From: a virus
Direction: 5' to 3' (one strand)
Length of the DNA: 64,000 nt
IMG/VR virus record: IMGVR_UViG_3300046779_000879
Coordinates: 1-64,000 of that record
A program made the position numbers and the translations under genes. Below are positions 37,495-46,590 of this stretch, in pieces (position 1 is the stretch's first letter; every line of letters starts with the position of its first letter). A model generated the notes under the pieces. It made no database searches, had not been told where the DNA came from, and was given only the letters and a program-made list of their open reading frames with translations.

Positions 37495-38340
37495 TCACAT
37501 TGTTGTTGAGTCTGAAATTGTATCGTTACTCTTCCTGGAATGTCGTTTGGATTGTTTATGTGCACTGCTATCAATAGCATCAGCCACATCGTCGTTCTCC
37601 TTGGTCCATGTTACTATTTCCCAGCGACCATCATGATGTTCTACAAGTGCAGTCATTGATTCTACCCAGTCGCCATCGTTCATATACATAACACCATCGA
37701 TTTCTTTTATCTCTGCATGATGTATGTGTCCACAAATGACTCCATCATACCCACGCTTTTTACAATATGATGCTAGATTCTTTTCGAACTGAAACATAAA
37801 GTCAGACGCTTTCTTTACTTTATGTTTTAAATACTTACTAAGTGACCAGTATCCAAAACCCAGCTTATGACGAACCCAATTAAAACGAGAGTTCCAGTCA
37901 AGAACTAGATCGTATAACTTATCACCGAGAAATGCCAACCATGGAGCAAGACGAGTGATTCCATCGAACAGATCTCCATGAGTAACTAGGTAATGTTTAC
38001 CGTCCACACCCACATGCTCTGTTTGATTATGAATCTCAACCAACCCAAAGGAAAATCCATAAGGAATCATTGGTCTTAAAAACTCATCATGATTACCAGC
38101 CACGTAAATCACTCTCGTCCCACGTTTTGCATGTCCAAGCACACGACGAACTACATTGGTATGACTCTGTTTCCATCGCCACTTGTTTTGTTTAATTTTC
38201 CAAGCATCAATTATATCACCAACCATGTAGAGTGTCTCACATGTGTTGTGCTTTAGAAAGTTATTCAGCTGTTCTGCCTTGCAATCACGAGTGCCAAGAT
38301 GAACATCTGAAATAAAAATAGTGCGGTATGTTTTGACCAT
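37495..38340 (-). CDS. PlcP/LpxH-like metallophosphoesterase (putative phospholipase C)
   Basis: ISDVHLG; GDIID; GNHD; HGD.FD; CGHIH; YMNDGDWVES; adjacent to a GT4 gene. Confidence 0.85.
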   Translation of the reverse strand: MVKTYRTIFISDVHLGTRDCKAEQLNNFLKHNTCETLYMVGDIIDAWKIKQNKWRWKQSHTNVVRRVLGHAKRGTRVIYVAGNHDEFLRPMIPYGFSFGLVEIHNQTEHVGVDGKHYLVTHGDLFDGITRLAPWLAFLGDKLYDLVLDWNSRFNWVRHKLGFGYWSLSKYLKHKVKKASDFMFQFEKNLASYCKKRGYDGVICGHIHHAEIKEIDGVMYMNDGDWVESMTALVEHHDGRWEIVTWTKENDDVADAIDSSAHKQSKRHSRKSNDTISDSTTM

Positions 38341-38345
38341 ACCTT

Positions 38346-38353
38346 TATTTATG
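38346..38353 (-). promoter_or_regulatory. late promoter (CATAAATA), 5 nt before the ATG
   Basis: Recurrent late motif. Confidence 0.6.
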
Positions 38354-38522
38354 AATTACTTGTACCAGCCGATGCCGTTGTGCTTTTGCTCGGTCTTCTG
38401 TAAATAGTATTCATGTCCCATTTCGTATGCAAAAAGTGGTAACCTCACCACGATTGTATACAATATTGCGATCGCCAGAATTAGTGGTGATAGTATTACT
38501 AAGATTGCTCCGATAATCCACT

Positions 38523-38708
38523 TCATAGTTTCTCCAATTCTTTTTCACATCGTGAAATTTCATCCTTTAATTTTAGACGTTGTTTCTTTAGTTCTTCACA
38601 GTGTTGATACTCGTCGTAGTGACAGTCAAGTTCAGTGATTTCTTCATCTAATCTACGATGTTTTCGTTTAAGAGATGTAATATGATGTTCCATTTTTAAT
38701 CTATCCAT
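38523..38708 (-). CDS. DUF465/YdcH-like protein
   Basis: L...H..LDEEI..L..LKKQRLKLKDEI; GGAGG RBS. Confidence 0.75.
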   Translation of the reverse strand: MDRLKMEHHITSLKRKHRRLDEEITELDCHYDEYQHCEELKKQRLKLKDEISRCEKELEKL

Positions 38709-38733
38709 ACTGTCCTCCGTATGTAAGTGTTTA

Positions 38734-38940
38734 TCACAATAACCAATTTCCATTTAGATTTGATAGGTATTCTTGATACTCATTCTTTAGTGTTTCTTCC
38801 CAATGTTTCTTGTAGTCGATGTCGTGCATTCTTGACATGGCACTAATCTTATCTTCTGGCATGCTTGGTGCCAAATTCGCTTTCCACTCTTCAAATGAGA
38901 GTTTTGGTTCTATTGTTTTATGATAATCTTTAAAGTCCAT
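38734..38940 (-). CDS. hypothetical protein
   Basis: 68 aa ORF in operon. Confidence 0.55.
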   Translation of the reverse strand: MDFKDYHKTIEPKLSFEEWKANLAPSMPEDKISAMSRMHDIDYKKHWEETLKNEYQEYLSNLNGNWLL

Positions 38941-39544
38941 TTAAAATTCTTTCTGACAATCCTCCAGGCATACCTAAACCAACTCTACCATCATAGATAT
39001 TAGAAGCATATTCTCCATCAGCGTCTACATAGTGTAAAAATGCTTGAATCTGTTTAGTACCCTTATACTCTTCTCTCCAGTGTTTTAATTTAACACCTTG
39101 ATATACTACCATAGACCCAACTGGAATTTTTATAGGATTGGTTTCACCATTTAAATTCTCCATCCATATATCCCATGGTCCAGTATCATCAACGTCAATA
39201 GTAATGGTGGCAGAATATTCACAGCTTGGACGATCTTTATGCACTTTCATAATCGCACCATTATAATATATTCTAGCATATGAGTAAGTAGGATGCAGAG
39301 TTTTACCAGTGACTTTCTCTACGATTGGTTTAACCATTAGTAAAAGAGATTCAAAACAATATGCTCCATACCATGCAAAACATTTTTCAACTATATCACT
39401 ATTAAAACCAACTTGATTTAAATTCACATTGTTTAATAAAAATACATTATCTCTTACCATATTAAATTCTAAGGATAATAGATCTGCTGTTTCTTTTGAA
39501 ATAGCATCATTAACTATCTCATATCCATTTAATTTAAAACTCAT
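38930..39544 (-). CDS. 2OG-Fe(II) oxygenase-like protein
   Basis: PTYSYARIY..HKDRPSCEYS..Y.G..HWR..Q.FLHYV. Confidence 0.8.
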   Translation of the reverse strand: MSFKLNGYEIVNDAISKETADLLSLEFNMVRDNVFLLNNVNLNQVGFNSDIVEKCFAWYGAYCFESLLLMVKPIVEKVTGKTLHPTYSYARIYYNGAIMKVHKDRPSCEYSATITIDVDDTGPWDIWMENLNGETNPIKIPVGSMVVYQGVKLKHWREEYKGTKQIQAFLHYVDADGEYASNIYDGRVGLGMPGGLSERILNGL

Positions 39545-39569
39545 TTACATTCACGCTTTCATTAAATAA

Positions 39570-39594
39570 GAAAACCCTCATGCGAGGGTTTTTC
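39570..39594. terminator. intrinsic terminator
   Basis: AAAACCCTC-ATGC-GAGGGTTTT. Confidence 0.75.
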
Positions 39595-39776
39595 TTTATA
39601 GTTAGTTTACATAATTATACGTTATTTGTTGCGTTTTCGAGTTTCCACTTTAACGCATCTTCTTCTTTGAAGAAGTATGGACTAACAGTTGTATTTTCTT
39701 CATCCATGTAGAACCAAATCATTTTACCAGTCCTACCATCTTTGTGTTTAACCAAAGTCATAATAATAACCAATTC

Positions 39777-40037
39777 TTATTTTTTAATAGAAACATCCAC
39801 TGTAACTTTCAACTCACGTGCTGCAGCTTCAACCAATTTTATCCAAAGGTCTGCAGTTGCTTTGTCTTTCCAAACACGTTCTCCACCAAACTGAACACCA
39901 TCAATTTTAGTTCCTTCTGGACTTACTTTACCAGCTTCAATTGCTTTATTTAAGAAATCTCGTTTTAACTCGTCCCACTGGTCACTATGTTCCTGTGTGA
40001 ACTCTTTACCCCAAATTGTTTTAGTAGTTACTGACAT
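39777..40037 (-). CDS. hypothetical protein
   Basis: AAGGAG RBS; late-type motif at 40063-40069. Confidence 0.65.
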   Translation of the reverse strand: MSVTTKTIWGKEFTQEHSDQWDELKRDFLNKAIEAGKVSPEGTKIDGVQFGGERVWKDKATADLWIKLVEAAARELKVTVDVSIKK

Positions 40038-40083
40038 AATAATCTCCTTGTTAATTATTGATTATTTATTGATTTAAAATGAC

Positions 40084-40440
40084 TTATATTAATCCTAAAA
40101 ATGTATCTTCATCACACTCACCACGACATGTTAGTTTACCGCAAACAAAACATTTCATTGGTTTTGGTATTTCTACCTTTCTACCACGTTTCCAATCAGA
40201 CATCTTTATGATTAGTATTTTTTTATCTTTATAGCATGGTGCAGTTATTGTCATCATATCAGCTGCTGATTCTATGACTAACTCTTCATCCCATGTTTCA
40301 CTTATAATGCGTTTTTGATTTTCATACACAACAACTTCTATCAATCTAGATTCATTGTCAATTGTGTAAGGATGGCTCAATTTACCATTGTCGCTTAATG
40401 CAATGCACTCGCCAGTCATTGTATCGAAAACAAAACTCAT
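40084..40440 (-). CDS. hypothetical protein
   Basis: 118 aa; C-terminal Cys cluster. Confidence 0.55.
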   Translation of the reverse strand: MSFVFDTMTGECIALSDNGKLSHPYTIDNESRLIEVVVYENQKRIISETWDEELVIESAADMMTITAPCYKDKKILIIKMSDWKRGRKVEIPKPMKCFVCGKLTCRGECDEDTFLGLI

Positions 40441-40706
40441 ATAAGTTCATTATCTGTTTCTGGGCAGTTTCCATTCTTTAGTTGAAATGGTTTACTATCA
40501 TCTGCTTGAACCTCACTACCGTATTTATTCATAATTTGAGTATAAGCATCTTCGCCTTCAGCTTGTGCCAATTTAGCAGTCATTGCACATCTAAATACGA
40601 TTCTTTGTGCAAATGCTTCAATATCAAATACCATATCGTGCCATACTTTGGCACCATCTTCATTCTTGTATGATTGTTCGTATAATGTTTTAATCAAGGG
40701 ATGCAT
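40437..40706 (-). CDS. hypothetical protein
   Basis: 89 aa ORF. Confidence 0.55.
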   Translation of the reverse strand: MHPLIKTLYEQSYKNEDGAKVWHDMVFDIEAFAQRIVFRCAMTAKLAQAEGEDAYTQIMNKYGSEVQADDSKPFQLKNGNCPETDNELI

Positions 40707-40723
40707 AATTTATCTCAGTTAGG

Positions 40724-41095
40724 TTATTCGTGTCCTAGCGGATCCTCTGCTATTCCAGCTAGACGTTCTTGTCTTCTTCCACGTGGAGTGTATTTATTTC
40801 TATTTGGTTGCAGATCAGGCATTTTACCATTTCTGTCAGAATTATAATAACTCATTGGACCATAATCAAATCGTGCTGTTGATGCTGGATTTTGTTTTTC
40901 TATGAATAAACGAACAGAATTCCATTCATTTTCTGTCATCAATTCTCTTGGTGTTCTAAGAAGAAATGGAGGGTTTGGATTTGGGGTATCCCACCATGCA
41001 ATAGCACGTTGTTCGTTTCCACCATGCATTTCATAAAGTCTTTGCCAAAGACCATTGTCTTTAAAGTATAAACTAAATGGGTCAATAGTTGTCAT
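40724..41095 (-). CDS. protein with an MbcA/ParS-like (DUF2384) domain
   Basis: GGNEQRAIAWWDTPN..F..RTPRELM. Confidence 0.45.
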   Translation of the reverse strand: MTTIDPFSLYFKDNGLWQRLYEMHGGNEQRAIAWWDTPNPNPPFLLRTPRELMTENEWNSVRLFIEKQNPASTARFDYGPMSYYNSDRNGKMPDLQPNRNKYTPRGRRQERLAGIAEDPLGHE

Positions 41096-41123
41096 TTTTA
41101 TCTTTCCTTATTCTTATGGTGCA

Positions 41124-42392
41124 CTATCGCCAATAATGCCAATATTCTCTATTACGATCATTTTTGTATTGTTCGTAACGAATGATAACGATACCAGATC
41201 CACCAGCACCACCAGCACCACCATTTGAAGATCCAGCACCGCCACCACCAGTGTTTGAAGATCCAGCACCACTATTTCCACCTGGACGTAAATTAGCTGC
41301 AGATCCTCCGCCACCTAGTCCACCCAGTCCACCAAATGTTCCACCAGTTAATGCTGTGGTTCCAAATATACCAAAACTATTTGCGCATCCACCGCCACCA
41401 CCACCACCGTAGTAAACATCTGAGCCAGTAATATTTGATAGAAAACCAATTCCACCATTTCCTGCTCTATCACCGCCACCAGCTATACTACCATTTGTTC
41501 CAGGACCACCAGCACCACCACCGCCACCAGCTAATCCTATTGCGCTGTAGTTTCCTCCAGCAAAACCTTGTCCATTTGTTCCAAGTGCACCAACAGAGTG
41601 ACCATATCCACCGCCACCACCAGAAGATCCTGGTCGGGCTGCAGCAGGATTACCTGCTCCGCCAAAATTTTGATTACTAATTACACCAGAAGATCCAGCA
41701 CCACCACCAAGAGCAACTATTCCAAATATAGAAGAGTTTCCTCCGTTTGAAGATTGTCTATATGGTACGGCAACTTGATTATCGAAACCAGATCCTCCAC
41801 CACCCCCAACTGTAACTTCCCATGTACCACTTGGAATAAGGATAGATCCATAAACAACACCGCCACCACCGCCACCACCACCTGAAAGGTCGGTTCTTGT
41901 GCTATCTTTAAATGGGAATGATCCATTATATCCACCACCGCCACCACCGCCACCGCCAACGATAAGATACTCTACTAATCCACCCACTGACATATACAGT
42001 GTAGTTGAAGATGTAAAGGTATGAATTTTATAGTTGACTGGAGAACCAAATTGTTTTTGGTAGTATGAAATTGATCCACCCTCTGCAATTACTTGGGAAT
42101 CTCTTAATTGATTTGTGATTTGGTTTCTATTGTTATTGTTAGTGGAAGATTCATTGAAATAATTTACGTCATTATCCATACCACCAGCCACATTTTCTGC
42201 AAACCATCTCTCTAATTTTGAGTAATCTTCAACTGTGAGCAGTTCTTCTGGAGATCTCAAATTAAATGGAAAATATGGAAGTGGTGTTCTCCACCATTGT
42301 TCAACCTGCTCTTCTGTTCCACCACACATTAACTTCTTTGACCTACTATAAAGAGCAGTATTTTTAAAATTTGGATTTTTTAGTTGTGTCAT
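41124..42392 (-). CDS. MbcA/ParS-like N-domain fused to a glycine-rich virion-type domain
   Basis: GGTEEQVEQWWRTP..RSPEELL; then IHTFTSS..VEYLIVGGGG..GGSGIVIIRY. Confidence 0.65.
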   Translation of the reverse strand: MTQLKNPNFKNTALYSRSKKLMCGGTEEQVEQWWRTPLPYFPFNLRSPEELLTVEDYSKLERWFAENVAGGMDNDVNYFNESSTNNNNRNQITNQLRDSQVIAEGGSISYYQKQFGSPVNYKIHTFTSSTTLYMSVGGLVEYLIVGGGGGGGGGYNGSFPFKDSTRTDLSGGGGGGGGVVYGSILIPSGTWEVTVGGGGGSGFDNQVAVPYRQSSNGGNSSIFGIVALGGGAGSSGVISNQNFGGAGNPAAARPGSSGGGGGYGHSVGALGTNGQGFAGGNYSAIGLAGGGGGAGGPGTNGSIAGGGDRAGNGGIGFLSNITGSDVYYGGGGGGGCANSFGIFGTTALTGGTFGGLGGLGGGGSAANLRPGGNSGAGSSNTGGGGAGSSNGGAGGAGGSGIVIIRYEQYKNDRNREYWHYWR

Positions 42393-42439
42393 TTAGAATA
42401 CCATTAGGATAGTTGTATATTTATAATAGGCATTTTTTG

Positions 42440-42820
42440 TTATTTTATGACTTCTTCAGCTGATAATTCTAAATCTTCTGATAAAAGGTTTAGATCCCCA
42501 CATCCTGTTAAGACGTGTGGTTTTGTCATTCGTTGTTTTTTTTCTGCGATAAATTCGTGAATTTTCTTGGAGTTTTCCAATAATGATTCTGCTTCTAATT
42601 TAGCTGCATCTATATCAATATAGCCACTGGCGATAGAAATAACAGCTAAACAGTGTAATTCATCTTTTGTTAAAGAAATCTTTCGCAAATCATCTGTATC
42701 ACCATAAAACAGTAGATCCAACCCAAGTTTAGAATTCCACTCACTAAACTCTAAACACGCTTCAGTGGTTCCAATATTTTCTAACTTACCATTAATCCCA
42801 TCGAATCTTATATCATTCAT
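42440..42820 (-). CDS. hypothetical protein
   Basis: 126 aa; AAGGAG RBS. Confidence 0.6.
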   Translation of the reverse strand: MNDIRFDGINGKLENIGTTEACLEFSEWNSKLGLDLLFYGDTDDLRKISLTKDELHCLAVISIASGYIDIDAAKLEAESLLENSKKIHEFIAEKKQRMTKPHVLTGCGDLNLLSEDLELSAEEVIK

Positions 42821-42831
42821 GATTTTTCTCC

Positions 42832-43560
42832 TTATACACTAAATGGACATCTTTTCATTTTTTTATAGTTTGAAATAAAATGTGGTCTAAATGAACTGCC
42901 AGTCTGAATTTTATCATATTCTATTTTATCTACTTGAATAGATTTAAATTCAACATTATGATCACCATCTAAACAAATTAAATGATACAATGGATCAAGA
43001 AAATTCATTTTAATTCTTCTAATATATGATGGTAGTAATAAATTAACATTAATTCCATGGTTATATTTAAAATCTAAAACTCCTGGAAGATATACAATTC
43101 CATAATCATTAACGATATTATTGTATGTTGGTTCAATTGCTACAAATTTAACATCTTTGTTACATTTAAATAACCATGGTGCTACTAATTTTATATGATG
43201 AAAATGTTCAAATTTATATTGATCAGTGGCAAATTGTTCTTTTGGATGAGTTTCAGGATTATCAAGGTTACTACAATCTGAATATTGGTAACAGTATGAG
43301 TTTTCATCGACATCTATTAAAAGGTCAGACCACATTGGAACGATATTTCCTCGGTTGTATAGATCAATAAACCCTGCACAAGTTTTCATTGTCGGAGTTG
43401 GCATCGCCACCCCAAGATTATTTGCTTTGTAAATTTCCTTTGGTATTTTTTTCCACCAATCAGGTAAAAACTTTGATGCTCTAGGAATACCAATATTTGC
43501 CAATTGTTCAACTTTGGTAAAACACTCTACAACTAACTTTTTTTTCTTAAAGAAAAACAT
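42832..43560 (-). CDS. hypothetical phage protein
   Basis: P.WWK..TMKTC.GF.D..P.WSD..K..PW..PG..; C-terminal KCPF-like tail (KRCPF). Confidence 0.7.
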   Translation of the reverse strand: MFFFKKKKLVVECFTKVEQLANIGIPRASKFLPDWWKKIPKEIYKANNLGVAMPTPTMKTCAGFIDLYNRGNIVPMWSDLLIDVDENSYCYQYSDCSNLDNPETHPKEQFATDQYKFEHFHHIKLVAPWLFKCNKDVKFVAIEPTYNNIVNDYGIVYLPGVLDFKYNHGINVNLLLPSYIRRIKMNFLDPLYHLICLDGDHNVEFKSIQVDKIEYDKIQTGSSFRPHFISNYKKMKRCPFSV

Positions 43561-43563
43561 ATA

Positions 43564-43767
43564 TTATCCACCTCGTCCAGCAGCACGTTTGATTGGCTTA
43601 TTGGATTGAATATTCTTCAGTGCCTGCTTAATCATACCACTAGCTTCTTTTGGAGAATGACCACGCTTTAATAAATCTTTCTTCGCTTTCTTTTTTGTTC
43701 GCTTGAGCAGTTTCTTTGCTTCCCACTCTTGTTTAAATGTAGATACTTCTTTGTTTTCTTCAGTCAT
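43564..43767 (-). CDS. small basic protein
   Basis: GGAGG RBS; Lys-rich; start corrected to avoid overlapping the tRNA. Confidence 0.65.
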   Translation of the reverse strand: MTEENKEVSTFKQEWEAKKLLKRTKKKAKKDLLKRGHSPKEASGMIKQALKNIQSNKPIKRAAGRGG

Positions 43768-43780
43768 AACTCCTCCATGT

Positions 43781-43854
43781 TGGAGCGGATAGTGGGAATC
43801 GAACCCAACCCTGCGCAGCTTGGAAGGCTGGCGACGCACCTCACGCTTATCCGC
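43781..43854 (-). tRNA. tRNA-Gly(TCC), atypical D-arm
   Basis: GCGGATA/TATCCGC acceptor stem; CAGC-CTTCCAA-GCTG; GGTTCGATTCC; TCCA end. Confidence 0.8.
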
Positions 43855-43860
43855 TTATTT

Positions 43861-44682
43861 CTATATCAATTTTTTTTCTATTAAATACTTTTCAAAATCC
43901 CATTCAAAAAGATCGGTTACGCATAACATTGGGTTTGCAGAAGCTATTATTGGTAACTTTTTATTAAACCAATCTTCTATATGAAAATGAGATCCACGAT
44001 TTTTCTTAGGAAATACTGTATCAGGAAAACAATCTTTGTAAATTTTATCTCTTATGTCAAATCCCTTTTCTTTAGTAGTCTTAAACTCTTTTAAGAAAAT
44101 TGGATGTCGGACATAAGATAATAGTATTCTGTCTGTTGTAAAGTTAAACCATTTTTCTGAATTGTTTCTAATAAGTTCTCGACACTGCCAAGTTATAGGC
44201 ATTTTACCATTAATAACTTTATATTCTGAACATGCACCAGATAAGAATATTCCTTGAAATCCTTTGTCTTGTTGAAGTTTCATCATATATTCCATCATAT
44301 ACAGATTAAAAACCCTATGAACTACCCTATTAGTTTGTGATCTATGCATCACAAACTCGGAAAATAATCTTTCATCTAAGTAAATCGGCTCATGATTTAT
44401 TTTCCATTGTCTACAAAAAGAAGTGCTTACTAAACTATCGTAATCACTAAGATCTTTTTTATGAACATAGGTACAAGCAGTGAATGGAATACCAAGTTCA
44501 ATTAAACATCTTGCTATAAATCTACTGTCACAGCCACCACTAAGAATTAGTTTTACATCTTTATTTTTACATATTTGTTCAAAGTGATCTAATACTTCTT
44601 CTTTGAATGATTTTAAAGTAGATTCAACTGAGAAATCTATTTCTACATCACACTTGTTTATATGTATAAAATTATACTTCAT
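43861..44682 (-). CDS. PP-loop (adenine nucleotide alpha-hydrolase) family protein
   Basis: LILSGGCDS motif. Confidence 0.6.
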   Translation of the reverse strand: MKYNFIHINKCDVEIDFSVESTLKSFKEEVLDHFEQICKNKDVKLILSGGCDSRFIARCLIELGIPFTACTYVHKKDLSDYDSLVSTSFCRQWKINHEPIYLDERLFSEFVMHRSQTNRVVHRVFNLYMMEYMMKLQQDKGFQGIFLSGACSEYKVINGKMPITWQCRELIRNNSEKWFNFTTDRILLSYVRHPIFLKEFKTTKEKGFDIRDKIYKDCFPDTVFPKKNRGSHFHIEDWFNKKLPIIASANPMLCVTDLFEWDFEKYLIEKKLI

Positions 44683-44685
44683 GTA

Positions 44686-45258
44686 TTATTTTTTAAATTT
44701 TAGTACAGTGTTAAAAGCAATTGAAATTCTATCTTCACTTGATTCATTAGAAATTACGCTATGTGGTAACCAAGAAGGAAACAACACTAATTGTCCTGTG
44801 CTTGGTTTAATCCGAATCACTGTAGAGTTGTACGAATTATATTCTTTAATCATGTTAGGAAAAATGACAAATGCAGCAACTGGATTTGGATTACTAAACT
44901 CCAACGCTGACGCATCTTTCCCTGCCTTAACATAATACACTCCTGACATTAACATCCCTGGACAATCATTATGTACATGATGTGCAACAATATATGGATT
45001 AGAATTTATATTCACCCATGCATTGTAAATTTTTTGTTCAGTGGCATCAGAAAATTGTAAATGGTCATGTAATGCATCAATTCTAGCACCAATCTCAGTG
45101 AACAATTCTTTTAATTCTGGTTCTGTTCCTTTGAAATAGGTAGTTTTATCTTTCTCTACACCTTCAGTCACTTTGTAGCAATAGTCAGCTATAGAATCAT
45201 TATCTATTTCCAATTCATCTGCTGCAAAGAAATTACTAAAAACATTTTCAATCTTCAT
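44686..45258 (-). CDS. putative 2OG-Fe(II) oxygenase (TIGR02466-like)
   Basis: WVN..H.H..SGVYYV..P..G.LVLFPSWLPHSV..N..RISIAFN. Confidence 0.85.
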   Translation of the reverse strand: MKIENVFSNFFAADELEIDNDSIADYCYKVTEGVEKDKTTYFKGTEPELKELFTEIGARIDALHDHLQFSDATEQKIYNAWVNINSNPYIVAHHVHNDCPGMLMSGVYYVKAGKDASALEFSNPNPVAAFVIFPNMIKEYNSYNSTVIRIKPSTGQLVLFPSWLPHSVISNESSEDRISIAFNTVLKFKK

Positions 45259-45283
45259 AAACTCACTCTCTTTTATTTTAAAA

Positions 45284-45358
45284 TGGCTCCAAAGGTAGGG
45301 ATCGAACCTACGACCAATTGATTAACAGTCAACTGCACTACCGCTGTGCTACTTTGGA
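45284..45358 (-). tRNA. tRNA-Asn(GTT)
   Basis: Cloverleaf; TTGA-CTGTTAA-TCAA; CCA encoded. Confidence 0.95.
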
Positions 45359-45366
45359 ACAAACTT

Positions 45367-45450
45367 TGGTGCGAGAGGAGAGACTCGAACTCTCACGACT
45401 CACGTCACTGGCTTCTAAGACCAGCGTGGCTACCATTACACCACTCTCGC
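45367..45450 (-). tRNA. tRNA-Leu(TAG)
   Basis: Cloverleaf; long variable arm; CTTAGAA loop. Confidence 0.95.
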
Positions 45451-45462
45451 ATCTACTTATCT

Positions 45463-45540
45463 TGGTCGGAGATGAAGGATTCGAACCTTCGGTCTTCTGC
45501 TCCCAAAGCAGACGGATTAACCAGACTTTCCCAATCTCCG
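45463..45540 (-). tRNA. tRNA-Pro(TGG)
   Basis: Cloverleaf; TTTGGGA loop. Confidence 0.95.
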
Positions 45541-45548
45541 ATAAACTT

Positions 45549-45622
45549 TGGTGCTCCCTGACAGAATCGAACTGCCATCAGAGGATTACAAATCCACTGT
45601 AATACCATTATACTAAGAGAGC
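45549..45622 (-). tRNA. tRNA-Thr(TGT)
   Basis: Cloverleaf; TTTGTAA loop. Confidence 0.9.
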
Positions 45623-45623
45623 A

Positions 45624-45697
45624 TGGTTGCGGATGCTGGAATCGAACCAACAACTGAAGCATATGAAACTTCCGAGATACCGTTTCTCTAATCCGCT
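45624..45697 (-). tRNA. tRNA-Met(CAT) with initiator-like 1:72 mismatch
   Basis: GAAGT-TTCATAT-GCTTC; unpaired A1:A72; ACCA end. Confidence 0.85.
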
Positions 45698-45703
45698 ACA
45701 ACT

Positions 45704-45778
45704 TGGCGACTCGTGGGAGGATCGAACTCCCGTGATCGGATAGACAATCCGACGTAATAACCATTATACGAACGAGCC
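45704..45778 (-). tRNA. tRNA-Asp(GTC)
   Basis: TCGGA-TTGTCTA-TCCGA; GCCA end. Confidence 0.93.
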
Positions 45779-45784
45779 ATTATT

Positions 45785-46368
45785 TTAAAATGGAATGTAA
45801 TGTTCATTGTATGTTTTTTGAATACTATTTTGAACAACTGGTATTAAATCAAATGCTATAGTTATTCTTGGAAAATCTTCATCCCACTCTGAACTTTTAT
45901 GTTTGTCGCCATCAGACTTACCAAAAACTAAAAGACCATTTTTATTTTGAACATCATATTGTATATCTGGAGGAATTTTATAACTTGTATAAGAATTTCC
46001 TACATTTACACAATAATATCCATGATATGCTCTGGCACTACTTTCCCAGTGTCCATGCCAATCTATAAAACTTCCTTTTTTAAAAACATTTAACCAACAT
46101 TGAATCACATATTGTTTTTCTGGTAGTAAAGGTTTAACAACCTCTCTTATATTTTCTAACAAATCATTTGTGTGTTGAGTATGATAACTAAAAAAGTTGT
46201 ACTTGCTAAAATTTTGCGTAGTGTAAGAACCAGCTAGTGTAGATATTTCTTGTTCACCATTTTTATCTATCACATACTTCTCTAATTCTAGACAGTTTTC
46301 AAGTAGTTTTTATTATCAATTTGTATCATCTTTGAAAATAAAAAATTAGGAATTAGTTCATTTATCAT
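45785..46368 (-). CDS. putative 2OG-Fe(II) oxygenase with an apparent 1-nt frameshift near the 5' end
   Basis: CWLN..WHGH..HGYYCV..H.S..RITIAFD; the RBS-led ATG at 46368 is 1 nt out of frame with the main ORF (45785-46273). Confidence 0.65.
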
Positions 46369-46383
46369 ACATTATCCTTATTT

Positions 46384-46467
46384 TGGTGGAGAATCTTGGA
46401 GTCGAACCAAGTTTCCAGAGGACACAGATTTACAGTCTGCTGCAGTCGCCAATGCTGCTCATTCTCC
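46384..46467 (-). tRNA. tRNA-Tyr(GTA)
   Basis: CAGA-CTGTAAA-TCTG; long variable arm. Confidence 0.93.
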
Positions 46468-46474
46468 AATACTA

Positions 46475-46590
46475 TTAGTTTAGCTGACGCACTGTTTGCT
46501 ATACCTCAACAGCTTTACTCGAGTTTACTGTTTATTGATATAGTTACGGAGAGTTGACGTTTACTCAATGGCTTACATCAGCTAAACTAA
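46475..46590 (-). ncRNA. candidate structured ncRNA between tRNA-Glu and tRNA-Tyr
   Basis: Termini form a 13-bp perfect stem (17 bp with G-U pairs): TTAGTTTAGCTGA/TCAGCTAAACTAA. Confidence 0.5.

Noticed and set aside
41200-41960. CCACCACCG-rich repeats
   Set aside because: Poly-Gly coding sequence.
46475-46590. tRNA-associated HDV-like (theta) ribozyme
   Set aside because: It starts with T after an encoded CCA and folds as a terminal long stem; I could not build the nested double pseudoknot.
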